A stretch of DNA of 64,000 nt from contig JAPLJS010000075.1 of NCBI GenBank assembly GCA_026388545.1, positions 9,103 through 73,102 on the forward strand, in the 5' to 3' direction. Position numbers and translations under genes: made by a program. Positions 9,697 to 18,093 of the stretch are shown in pieces (positions within the stretch are counted from its first letter, which is position 1; each line of letters starts with the position of its first letter). Source of the stretch: Deltaproteobacteria bacterium. GTDB lineage: Bacteria > Desulfobacterota > Syntrophia > Syntrophales > UBA2185. The notes beneath the pieces were generated by a model that worked only from the letters and a program-made list of their open reading frames with translations, ran no database searches and was not told the origin of the DNA.

Positions 9697-11454
9697 ATGA
9701 ATGCAGCATTACTTCCTATAATAGCAGCTGTTTTATTCTATTTAGGTTACCGGTTTTACGGAAGGTATATTGCAAAAATATTTAAAGAAAATGATGCCAA
9801 CCCCACGCCGGCGGTTACAATGAAGGATGATATAGACTATGTGCCAACGAAACCGATTGTCTTGTTCGGGCATCATTTCGCGAGTATTGCCGGCGGCGGA
9901 CCCATCATCGGCCCCACGGTCGCGATGATGTTCGGATTTATCCCCGTATGGCTGTGGGCTGTGTTGGGGAGCATCTTTATCGGTGCGGTACATGACATGA
10001 CGGCGCTCTTTGCGAGCGTTAGGGAAAAGGGCAAGTCCGTTGCGGAGATAGCAAAATCGACCTTGGGAAACACAGGATTTTTTCTCTTTATAAGTTTTAC
10101 CATCCTCGTGCTCTTGCTTGTCACCTCGGCATTTCTTGGCTTGACGGCAACGGCGCTGACTTCGTTGCTGTCATTGGACGTACTGAAGTTGGATCCCTCC
10201 CAGACGGTGGTGAGGACAATAATGGTAGGGGGGGTAGAGAAGGCCGTGATAGGCGGTATCGCCTCCACGTCCGTCATCGTTATCACCTGTTGTGCCCCTT
10301 TCATCGGCTACCTGGTGTATAAAAAGGGGATCAATGTGTATCTCGCCTCCGGTATCGCCATCGTTGTGTGCTTCGTATCAGTTGTCATCGGCATGGAGTA
10401 TCCGGTTCAGTTTAGCCCCAATACGTGGATGATCATCCTCTGTTTCTATACATTCCTTGCCGCGGGAATCCCCGTCTGGATTATCCTGCAGCCGCGGGAT
10501 TTCACAAATTCCTTTTTGCTCTATAGCGGTATTCTTGCATTGTTTATTGCCGCCATCGTGGCCGGCTTTAAAGGTGTTACCTTTTCAGCCCCGGCGTTCA
10601 ATGTCGCCGGAGGAACAGCCAAGATGGGTCCCATCTGGCCGTTTTTATTTATCACCGTCGCGTGCGGCGCCATTTCAGGGTTCCATTGTCTGGTTGCCGG
10701 CGGGACGTCTTCAAAACAGGTTTCAAAAGAATCGGATATTAAAAAGATTGCCTACGGCGGGATGCTGTTAGAGGGTTTGCTTGCCATCGGCGTCCTCGTC
10801 GCGGTAGGATGCGGTATCGCGTTTTCTGACTACGCGAATATTGTATTTCCGACCGTCGCAGGGGCAAGATCAAACCCCATTCTGGCATTTGCCGCCGGAG
10901 CAGGCGGCTTGTTTGATAAGGCATTCGGGGTACCGCCTGTGTACGGGACGGTGTTCGGAATCCTCCTTGTGGAGGGTTTTGTGGTGACAACACTCGATAC
11001 GGCAGTCAGGCTCAACAGATATTTATTCGAAGAGCTCTGGCAGGTGATATTCAAGGATGTTCCGAAGGTAATGAAAAGCTATCTCTTTAACGCTGCGCTC
11101 TGTGTGGTCTTTATGTACCTTCTGGCTTACAACAATGCGTTCTTGGTCATTTGGCCAGCCTTTGGTTCCGCGAATCAATTGCTTGCCTCCCTGGCACTGA
11201 TTGCCGTGTCCGTATGGCTCGTAAACAGAGGAGTCAATGCGTTGTTCACCGTAGTGCCGGCGATATTTATGATGGTGACAACCATATATTCTCTGTTTAT
11301 TCTGCTCATTGAAAAATATCTTCCCAAGCAAAACTACGCGCTGGCTGCATTTGCCGCATTGATGATCATTCTGTCCATCGGAGTGATATGGGTAGCGTTT
11401 AGAAAATGGCAGGAATTGAAGAAGAGCGGTAAAATAGCAGAAAGTGCAGCATAA
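9697..11454 (+). CDS. cstA: carbon starvation protein A (peptide/pyruvate transporter family)
   Basis: 585-aa polytopic membrane ORF. The N-terminal YRFYGRYIAKIF...VLFGHHFASIAGGGPIIGP is the CstA signature. RBS AAGGAG lies upstream. Confidence 0.85.
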   Translation: MNAALLPIIAAVLFYLGYRFYGRYIAKIFKENDANPTPAVTMKDDIDYVPTKPIVLFGHHFASIAGGGPIIGPTVAMMFGFIPVWLWAVLGSIFIGAVHDMTALFASVREKGKSVAEIAKSTLGNTGFFLFISFTILVLLLVTSAFLGLTATALTSLLSLDVLKLDPSQTVVRTIMVGGVEKAVIGGIASTSVIVITCCAPFIGYLVYKKGINVYLASGIAIVVCFVSVVIGMEYPVQFSPNTWMIILCFYTFLAAGIPVWIILQPRDFTNSFLLYSGILALFIAAIVAGFKGVTFSAPAFNVAGGTAKMGPIWPFLFITVACGAISGFHCLVAGGTSSKQVSKESDIKKIAYGGMLLEGLLAIGVLVAVGCGIAFSDYANIVFPTVAGARSNPILAFAAGAGGLFDKAFGVPPVYGTVFGILLVEGFVVTTLDTAVRLNRYLFEELWQVIFKDVPKVMKSYLFNAALCVVFMYLLAYNNAFLVIWPAFGSANQLLASLALIAVSVWLVNRGVNALFTVVPAIFMMVTTIYSLFILLIEKYLPKQNYALAAFAALMIILSIGVIWVAFRKWQELKKSGKIAESAA

Positions 11455-11503
11455 GAGTAATGGTATAAAAAAACAGGTTTTAATAACAGGATTTAGAGAT
11501 TTC

Positions 11504-11537
11504 AAGAAGGGACAGATCACACTGTCCCTTCTTTTTT
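11504..11537. terminator. bidirectional intrinsic terminator between convergent cstA and the dehydrogenase gene
   Basis: 12-bp perfect stem AAGAAGGGACAG / CTGTCCCTTCTT with a 6-nt loop and a T-run on the + strand. It sits between two convergent stop codons. Confidence 0.7.
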
Positions 11538-11551
11538 CATTGTGCCATCAT

Positions 11552-12547
11552 CTATAAACGTCTTTTCGGCAGCACCTCGGGATTGACGAGGTTTGGAGGC
11601 ACATGACCGCTCAGCCCGGCGATGAGATTTTCAGATGCCATAGTGGCCATTCGTATACGGGTTTCCAGTGTGCCGCTTCCTACATGCGGGAGCAGAATAA
11701 CATTATCAAGTTCCGTTAAGCCGGGAGTCAGGGCAGGTTCATTTTCGTAGACATCCAGACCGGCGCCGCCTATTTTTCTGTTTCGGAGAGCCTCAAGCAA
11801 AGCCTGTTCATCGACCACGGGACCACGCGACGTATTAATCAGGTAAGCTGTAGGCTTCATACGGGAAAGTTCATCCGCACCGATAAGATGTTTTGTGTGT
11901 TCCGTAAGTGGAACGTGAAGGGATACAAAGTCCGCTTCCATAAGTAATGTCTTCAGACTGACATATTCCGCATTGAGTTCTTTTTCTTCCGATATATCGA
12001 TTCTGCTGCGGTTGTGATAAATGATCCGCATGTCAAATCCTTTCGCCCTTCGCGCAACGGCCTTTCCGATTTCTCCGAGGCCGATAATCCCCAGGGTTTT
12101 CCCCGTAACGTCACGACCCAGAAAGAGCATGGGCGCCCAATACCGGAAGCGCCCCTCTCTTGTAATCTTATCACATTCCACTAATCTCCTGGAAATGGAC
12201 AAGATCAACGCAAATGCCAGTTCCGCGGTGGCGTCCGTCAGTACGCCGGGCGTATTGGAAACAAGTATCCCGCGGGCGGTGGCGGCTTTAACGTCGATAT
12301 TATTGTAACCAACGCCGAAGTGGGCAATCATTTTTAAAGAAGCTGCCTTGTCAAGGACTTCCTCATTGATAGTGTCCGTTATCATTGAAATAAGACCATC
12401 ACTATTTTTGATACCCTGGAGAAGCTTTTGTCTTTGAAAGGGCTTGTCTTCGGCATTTGCTTCCACCTGATAGTTATTTGCAAGGATAGTCATAACTTCT
12501 TCGGGGATACGTCCCGTGACGATTATACGTTTCTTCATCGCTATCAC
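11552..12547 (-). CDS. D-isomer-specific 2-hydroxyacid dehydrogenase (glyoxylate/hydroxypyruvate reductase type)
   Basis: 331-aa ORF with the NAD-binding motif GIIGLGEIGKAVARRAKGFDM. The catalytic region reads LINTSRGPVVDEQAL...GAGLDVYENEP...LPHVGSGT. Confidence 0.8.
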   Translation of the reverse strand: MIAMKKRIIVTGRIPEEVMTILANNYQVEANAEDKPFQRQKLLQGIKNSDGLISMITDTINEEVLDKAASLKMIAHFGVGYNNIDVKAATARGILVSNTPGVLTDATAELAFALILSISRRLVECDKITREGRFRYWAPMLFLGRDVTGKTLGIIGLGEIGKAVARRAKGFDMRIIYHNRSRIDISEEKELNAEYVSLKTLLMEADFVSLHVPLTEHTKHLIGADELSRMKPTAYLINTSRGPVVDEQALLEALRNRKIGGAGLDVYENEPALTPGLTELDNVILLPHVGSGTLETRIRMATMASENLIAGLSGHVPPNLVNPEVLPKRRL

Positions 12548-12732
12548 AATTATCCGGATGTTTATTTTTAATTCACAACATAGAGAGAGATATATACATC
12601 ATTTCTTAATCTCGCGAAAGTCTGATTTGTCGCGAAGTGATTATAGCCTAACGCAGGGAGCTTGATTTAAGACGGAAAGTATGAGATTGTAAATCAAAAT
12701 AATAATGAAAGAACAGGTGGGATTTTAAACAC

Positions 12733-14094
12733 ATGGACTACAATGTAATCATCATAGGGTGTGGACCGGCGGGGATATTTACGGCACTGACCCTTGCGGA
12801 AAACGGCATCGAAGGGGTAATCCTCTTCGATCAGGGCAATGAACTTGAGAAACGTTCAAGACGCGACGCAAGAGACGTCCTCTGCGGGTGGGGAGGCGCC
12901 GGAGCTTACAGTGACGGAAAGCTCAATATTTCAAATGAAGTAGGCGGCTATCTTTCAGAATTTCTCGATAAAAACGACCTCACACATCTCCTGAAGAGCA
13001 CAGATGAAATCTTCGTCAAATACGGAGCGCCGGACCGCATATTCGGAGACTCAGCAGCGTCGGTTGAAGAAATTGCCGATCAGGCCAGTCTTGCAGGGCT
13101 CGCATTTATTCCGACAGTTATTCGCCATATTGGTACAGAAAACTGTCAGCGAGTTTTAAGTAACATGAGAAAGGCTCTTGACGGTAAAGTTGAAGTCAAA
13201 ACATGCTGCCAGGTTCAATCATTGATTGAAGAAAATGGGCAAATCAACGGTGTGAAGCTTGCGGACGGTCAGATCATAAAGAGCAAATACGTTGTTGCCG
13301 CGCCGGGAAGGGTAGGGGCCAATTGGATGAAGGGGGAAGCGGAATCGCTCGAACTGAGAACAACGTCGAGCCCGGTAGACATCGGCGTCCGCGTGGAATT
13401 GCCTGCAACTATCCTCAAAAAAATAACGGATATTACCTACGAACCAAAGCTAATTTATTATTCAAAAACATTTGATGATAAGGTTCGCACCTTTTGCATG
13501 AATCCTTACGGAGAAGTAGTCATTGAAGAAAGTGAAGGCATAACCACAGTAAATGGCCATAGTTATGCCAAACGAAAAAGTGATAACACCAACTTTGCAA
13601 TTCTCGTAAGCAATACATTTACCGAACCTTTCCGCGATCCCATCGCATACGGTCGCTACATAGCGAGACTTGCCAACCTTTTGGGTGGCGGTGCGATTGT
13701 TCAGAGATTAGGGGATTTACTTGCCGGCAGGAGATCCACGAAAGATCGCATTGACCATTGCCTGACAAGACCGACACTCTTGAAAGCTACACCGGGCGAT
13801 CTCAGTTTTGTGTTTCCGTATCGTCACTTGCAGAGTATAATCGAGATGCTTCAGGCTCTGGATAAACTTGCGCCCGGAGTTTATTCCCGGCACACCCTCC
13901 TTTATGGAGTCGAAGTTAAATTTTATTCGAACCGCATAGAAGTATCACGGGAAATGGAAACAAAAGTGAAGAATCTTTTTGCCATCGGTGATGGAGCCGG
14001 CATTACAAGAGGCTTATTGCAGGCATCTGCATGTGGCGTATTAGCCGCACGGGCCATTGCTTCCCGTATAATGGGAACTCACACAAATACATAA
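12733..14094 (+). CDS. FAD-dependent oxidoreductase (COG2509-like, function unknown)
   Basis: 453-aa ORF with N-terminal dinucleotide motif VIIIGCGPAGIFTAL and C-terminal FAIGDGAGITRGLLQA. Confidence 0.7.
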   Translation: MDYNVIIIGCGPAGIFTALTLAENGIEGVILFDQGNELEKRSRRDARDVLCGWGGAGAYSDGKLNISNEVGGYLSEFLDKNDLTHLLKSTDEIFVKYGAPDRIFGDSAASVEEIADQASLAGLAFIPTVIRHIGTENCQRVLSNMRKALDGKVEVKTCCQVQSLIEENGQINGVKLADGQIIKSKYVVAAPGRVGANWMKGEAESLELRTTSSPVDIGVRVELPATILKKITDITYEPKLIYYSKTFDDKVRTFCMNPYGEVVIEESEGITTVNGHSYAKRKSDNTNFAILVSNTFTEPFRDPIAYGRYIARLANLLGGGAIVQRLGDLLAGRRSTKDRIDHCLTRPTLLKATPGDLSFVFPYRHLQSIIEMLQALDKLAPGVYSRHTLLYGVEVKFYSNRIEVSREMETKVKNLFAIGDGAGITRGLLQASACGVLAARAIASRIMGTHTNT

Positions 14095-14241
14095 TCAATG
14101 TCGTTGACTTAAGCACTTTGACCCCCCTCTTTTCTAAAGAGGGGTTGGGGGAGATTTTACGGAAGGCAATTAAAATCCCCCTGAATCCCCCTTTACAAAG
14201 GGGGACTTGAAAGAGATAATATTCTTAAGTCAACGACATTG
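14095..14241. mobile_element. MITE copy 1 (147 bp, non-coding, with terminal inverted repeats and a 9-bp target-site duplication)
   Basis: Starts TCAATGTCGTTGACTTAAG and ends CTTAAGTCAACGACATTG, giving a perfect 18-bp TIR. It is flanked by AATACATAA (14086-14094) and AATACATAC (14242-14250), an 8/9 direct repeat. Internal hairpins are CCCCTCTTT-TCT-AAAGAGGGG and CCCCCTT-TACA-AAGGGGG. A second copy lies at 43471-43653. Confidence 0.75.
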
Positions 14242-14322
14242 AATACATACGATTAAATCAACACTCTTCCCATTGAGAAAATCTCACTATGAGTGAGTCA
14301 TATTGCATAATCAGGAGGTAAA

Positions 14323-15834
14323 ATGAAAATTCTTGTTAAGAAAGGGAACATTACGAAGTTCAAATCTGAGGCCGTCGTTGTGCCACTCTATGAAGACGCA
14401 AAGGAGCTTCAGGGAACGTCAGCACTTCTTGATAAACAGAGCGGTGGGCTCATAAAAGAAATAATAGACAGGAATGATTTTGAAGGTAAGCACCTCCAGG
14501 TATCGGTAGTATATACAAAAGGAGACATACCGGCAAAACGGATTGTTTTAGTGGGTATGGGGAAAAAAGCGGATTTCACAATGGACAAAATGAGATGCGC
14601 CTGTGCGACAGCGGCACGACACGTAAGATCATTGAAATTGAAAGAATTTTCGACATCTCTGGATTTCATTTATACCGATAAGCCTCTCGATCAGATCATA
14701 CAGGCCGTTGTGGAGGGTGTGTTTCTCGGCCTTTATCAATTTACGCCTTTCAAGACTGTGGACAGGGATAAAATCACGGAAATAAAAGAATTCATACTCG
14801 TAGAAGAGAAAGATGAGACATATAAAAGTATACTATCCGTGGCAAAAGAAGCGGAAATTATCTCAAACGCCGTGTATTTTACGAGAGATATGGTTTCACA
14901 TCCGGGAAACATGATGACCCCGACAGATATGGCAAACGAAGCACGTAAAGTTTCGTTGAGAAAGAACGTGAAATTAACAATCTTTGACGAGGCAAAGATA
15001 AAGAAAATCGGCATGAATGCCCTTGCTGGTGTTGCGAAAGGAAGCGATGAACCTGCCAGGTTTATTATCCTGGAATACCTTGGTGGAAAAAAGACAGCCC
15101 CGGTTATCGCTTTAGTCGGTAAGGGGCTGACATTCGACAGCGGCGGTATTTGCATAAAACCGCCCGACAAGATGGATGAGATGAAATCCGACATGGCCGG
15201 CGGTGCTGCGGTGATGGGAGCAATTATGGCGGCATCCGATCTGAAGTTGAAGGTGAATGTTATTGGCCTGATACCGGCAACAGAAAATCTTTCGGGCGGA
15301 AAGGCATGCAAGCCTGGCGATATCCTGAAATCGCTTTCCGGTCAAACCATTGAGGTCGTAAATACGGATGCGGAAGGCCGGTTAATTATGGCTGATGCAC
15401 TTACCTATGCCGGGAGGTATAAACCGGCAGTTATTGTCGACCTGGCTACATTGACGGGTGCATGTATCGTTGCCCTTGGCAATCATGTAACAGGAATGAT
15501 GGGAACAGACGACAAACTGAAACAGAAAATAAAAGATGCGGCAGATGTGACTGGTGAGAAAGTCTGGGAACTCCCTCTATGGGAAGAGTATCATGAGTTG
15601 ATAAAGAGTGATGTTGCGGACTATAAAAATACCGGTGGAAGGCCGGGCGGCGCTATCACAGCTGCCGCGTTCCTCAGCAAATTCGTAGGCAATTACCCCT
15701 GGGTGCATTTAGATATTGCCGGTCCCGCATGGCTGACAGAGAATAAACCCTATATCCCCAAAGGGGCATCGGGTGTAGGTGTCCGCTTGCTGGTTCAGTT
15801 CCTCAAAGATTGGCAGAAAGAGGCCAATAATTAA
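14323..15834 (+). CDS. pepA: leucyl aminopeptidase (M17)
   Basis: 503-aa ORF with the M17 signature VVNTDAEGRLIMADAL. It also carries GKGLTFDSGGICIKP and MKSDMAGGAAV. Confidence 0.9.
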   Translation: MKILVKKGNITKFKSEAVVVPLYEDAKELQGTSALLDKQSGGLIKEIIDRNDFEGKHLQVSVVYTKGDIPAKRIVLVGMGKKADFTMDKMRCACATAARHVRSLKLKEFSTSLDFIYTDKPLDQIIQAVVEGVFLGLYQFTPFKTVDRDKITEIKEFILVEEKDETYKSILSVAKEAEIISNAVYFTRDMVSHPGNMMTPTDMANEARKVSLRKNVKLTIFDEAKIKKIGMNALAGVAKGSDEPARFIILEYLGGKKTAPVIALVGKGLTFDSGGICIKPPDKMDEMKSDMAGGAAVMGAIMAASDLKLKVNVIGLIPATENLSGGKACKPGDILKSLSGQTIEVVNTDAEGRLIMADALTYAGRYKPAVIVDLATLTGACIVALGNHVTGMMGTDDKLKQKIKDAADVTGEKVWELPLWEEYHELIKSDVADYKNTGGRPGGAITAAAFLSKFVGNYPWVHLDIAGPAWLTENKPYIPKGASGVGVRLLVQFLKDWQKEANN

Positions 15835-15840
15835 AGCCGT

Positions 15841-16815
15841 ATGGGGATACTTCTCAAAATTAACAATCTCAGCACCCATTTCGAAACAGAGTACGGCATC
15901 ATAAAGGCTGTCGATGATGTGGACCTTGCTGTCGATAAAGGAGATACACTTGGTGTTGTAGGTGAGTCCGGTTGCGGTAAAACGGTGCTTGCTCTTTCGA
16001 TTATGCGATTGATACCAAGTCCGCCAGGGAGGATCGTTTCCGGTAATGTCTTTTTTGAAGGAATTGATCTCCTCAATCTTGATACCGAAAAGATGCGCAG
16101 TATACGGGGCAAGGATATATCCATGGTCTTTCAGGAGCCCATGACTTCATTGAACCCTGTTTTGCGGATTGGCGATCAGATTACCGAAAGTATCAGATTG
16201 CATCAGGGGCTTGGCAGGAAAGAAGCCATGAACCGCGCCATAGAAGCGCTGCGGCTTGTAGGAATGCCCTCGCCGGAAAGAATTGTCAGGAATTATCCCC
16301 ACCAGATGAGCGGCGGAATGCGCCAGAGGATAATGATTGCAATGGCCCTGTGCTGCAGCCCAAGGCTTATGCTTGCAGATGAGCCGACAACTGCCCTTGA
16401 TGTAACAATACAGGCGCAGATTATTGACCTAATAAATAGATTGAAAGAAAATGTCGGTACGTCGGTTATTTTGATTACCCATGATCTCGGTGTGATTGCT
16501 GAAGCAGCCCAGTTTGTGGCCGTTATGTATACCGGTAAGATTGTTGAATATACTTCAGCAAGCAACCTCTTCTCCACACCTCTGCATCCCTATACGGTCG
16601 GCCTCATGGAATCAATCCCAAAGATAGACGGCATTTCCGGGCAGGGTGAATACCTGAAAGTAATACCTGGTGTCGTTCCGAGTTTGTACGATCTACCCAA
16701 AGGATGCAGTTTTCAGGATAGGTGTTCCCATACAATGGAAATTTGCAGGGAAGCGGAACCGCAATTAAAAGAAAAATCATTCGGGCATAAAGTACGCTGC
16801 TGGCTTTATGAGTGA
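15841..16815 (+). CDS. oppD: oligopeptide/dipeptide ABC transporter ATP-binding protein (OppD/DppD type)
   Basis: 324-aa ORF with Walker A GESGCGKT, signature MSGGMRQR and Walker B LMLADEPTTALD. The C-terminal Cys-rich oligopeptide-type tail reads PKGCSFQDRCSHTMEIC. Confidence 0.85.
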   Translation: MGILLKINNLSTHFETEYGIIKAVDDVDLAVDKGDTLGVVGESGCGKTVLALSIMRLIPSPPGRIVSGNVFFEGIDLLNLDTEKMRSIRGKDISMVFQEPMTSLNPVLRIGDQITESIRLHQGLGRKEAMNRAIEALRLVGMPSPERIVRNYPHQMSGGMRQRIMIAMALCCSPRLMLADEPTTALDVTIQAQIIDLINRLKENVGTSVILITHDLGVIAEAAQFVAVMYTGKIVEYTSASNLFSTPLHPYTVGLMESIPKIDGISGQGEYLKVIPGVVPSLYDLPKGCSFQDRCSHTMEICREAEPQLKEKSFGHKVRCWLYE

Positions 16816-17184
16816 ACGTTTATATTTAGGGTTCATCCGGTTCATGCGCACTTCCGTAGTCGTTAGATCTACCTTTATCGCAGCCTTGCAGGCTTCAAAT
16901 GCCTATACGTAACAAAATGATGATCGGGTCAGTTTATTGAATACCATTGGAAACATTCGATTCCTTAATGTTTATTTTTTCATCCAAGGGGAAAGTGGAT
17001 GTCTTCCTGTTATCCACAAATCATCAACCTCGGTAAAAATGCAGGACTTCGAAAGGCAATCAATGATGTTCTTTTCATCCGTAATTGTGATATGGATGAT
17101 GTAAATATCAACGGAGAAAACAAACCTCAACCTGTAGTATCGGGAGAAACCGGTCTATACGACTCAGAAAAAGGAGATATCTTC

Positions 17185-18093
17185 ATGGAAAGGATTTTGA
17201 ATAAGGATTATGTAAAAAAGTTAGTTTTTATTCTCACGATAGTTGTGACAACGGCCTTCATTTCTGGAGTCCTCATGGCGGCAGATCTGAAGGACGTAAA
17301 AAAGAAGGGTGTCCTCCGCCATTTAGGCATTCCCTATGCTAACTTCGTTACCGGGGCCGGCGATGGCATGGACATTGAGCTTATGACCCTTTTTGCAAAA
17401 TATCTGGGGGTCCGGTATGAGTATGTCAAGACGGACTGGGGCGATATCTTTGGTGACTTGACCGGGAAAAAAGTAAAACCAAAGGGCGACGACATCGAAA
17501 TGGTTGCTCAGGTACCGATCAAGGGCGACGTGGCCGCGAACGGTCTTACCGTTCTTCCTTGGAGAAAAAAGGCTGTAGATTTCTCCGTCCCAACCTTCCC
17601 CAACCTTGTATGGTTAGTAGCCCGAGCTGACTCCTCGGTACAGCCCATTAAGTCTAGCGGAAATATAGAAAAGGACATCGAAGCGGTAAAAAAAATCATC
17701 GCCGGTCAGCCCCTGCTCGGCAAAGCAGGGACCTGCCTTGAACCCTCCCTCTATGGCCTCGAAAAAATTACGGACAAGATCAAGCTTTTCCCTGGTTCTC
17801 TGAATGACATTGCCCCAGCCGTGATCAAAGGCGAGGCGGATCTGACGCTCCTTGATCTCCCTGACGCCCTGGTTGCCCTCCAAAAATGGCCCGGGAAAAT
17901 CAAAGTCATCGGCCCGGTGAGTGAGAAACAAGACATGGCAGCGGCCTTTTCCAAGGATTCGCCGAAGCTTCGGGAGGCATTTAACAGATTCATACGAAAG
18001 ATAAAAAAGGATGGAACCTATGAACGCATCGTGAAGAAATATTATCCCTACGTATTTGACTATGATTCAGAATTTTTTAGAAGAAATAAATGA
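17185..18093 (+). CDS. periplasmic solute-binding protein, family 3 (amino-acid-binding type), likely co-sensor of the downstream kinase
   Basis: The ORF track gives 16999-18093. I prefer the ATG at 17185 because AAGGAG lies 8 nt upstream and the product then starts with a signal/TM segment (LVFILTIVVTTAFISGVLMA). The body LRHLGIPYANFV...MDIELMTLFAKYLGV...DVAANGLTVLPWRKKAVDFS resembles the SBP_bac_3 family. Its stop overlaps the kinase start (ATGA). Confidence 0.75.
   Translation: MERILNKDYVKKLVFILTIVVTTAFISGVLMAADLKDVKKKGVLRHLGIPYANFVTGAGDGMDIELMTLFAKYLGVRYEYVKTDWGDIFGDLTGKKVKPKGDDIEMVAQVPIKGDVAANGLTVLPWRKKAVDFSVPTFPNLVWLVARADSSVQPIKSSGNIEKDIEAVKKIIAGQPLLGKAGTCLEPSLYGLEKITDKIKLFPGSLNDIAPAVIKGEADLTLLDLPDALVALQKWPGKIKVIGPVSEKQDMAAAFSKDSPKLREAFNRFIRKIKKDGTYERIVKKYYPYVFDYDSEFFRRNK

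Noticed and set aside
16999-17184. 62-codon N-terminal extension of the solute-binding protein ORF
   Set aside because: The internal ATG at 17185 has a strong AAGGAG RBS and gives a normal signal peptide. The extension has no RBS and is not hydrophobic.
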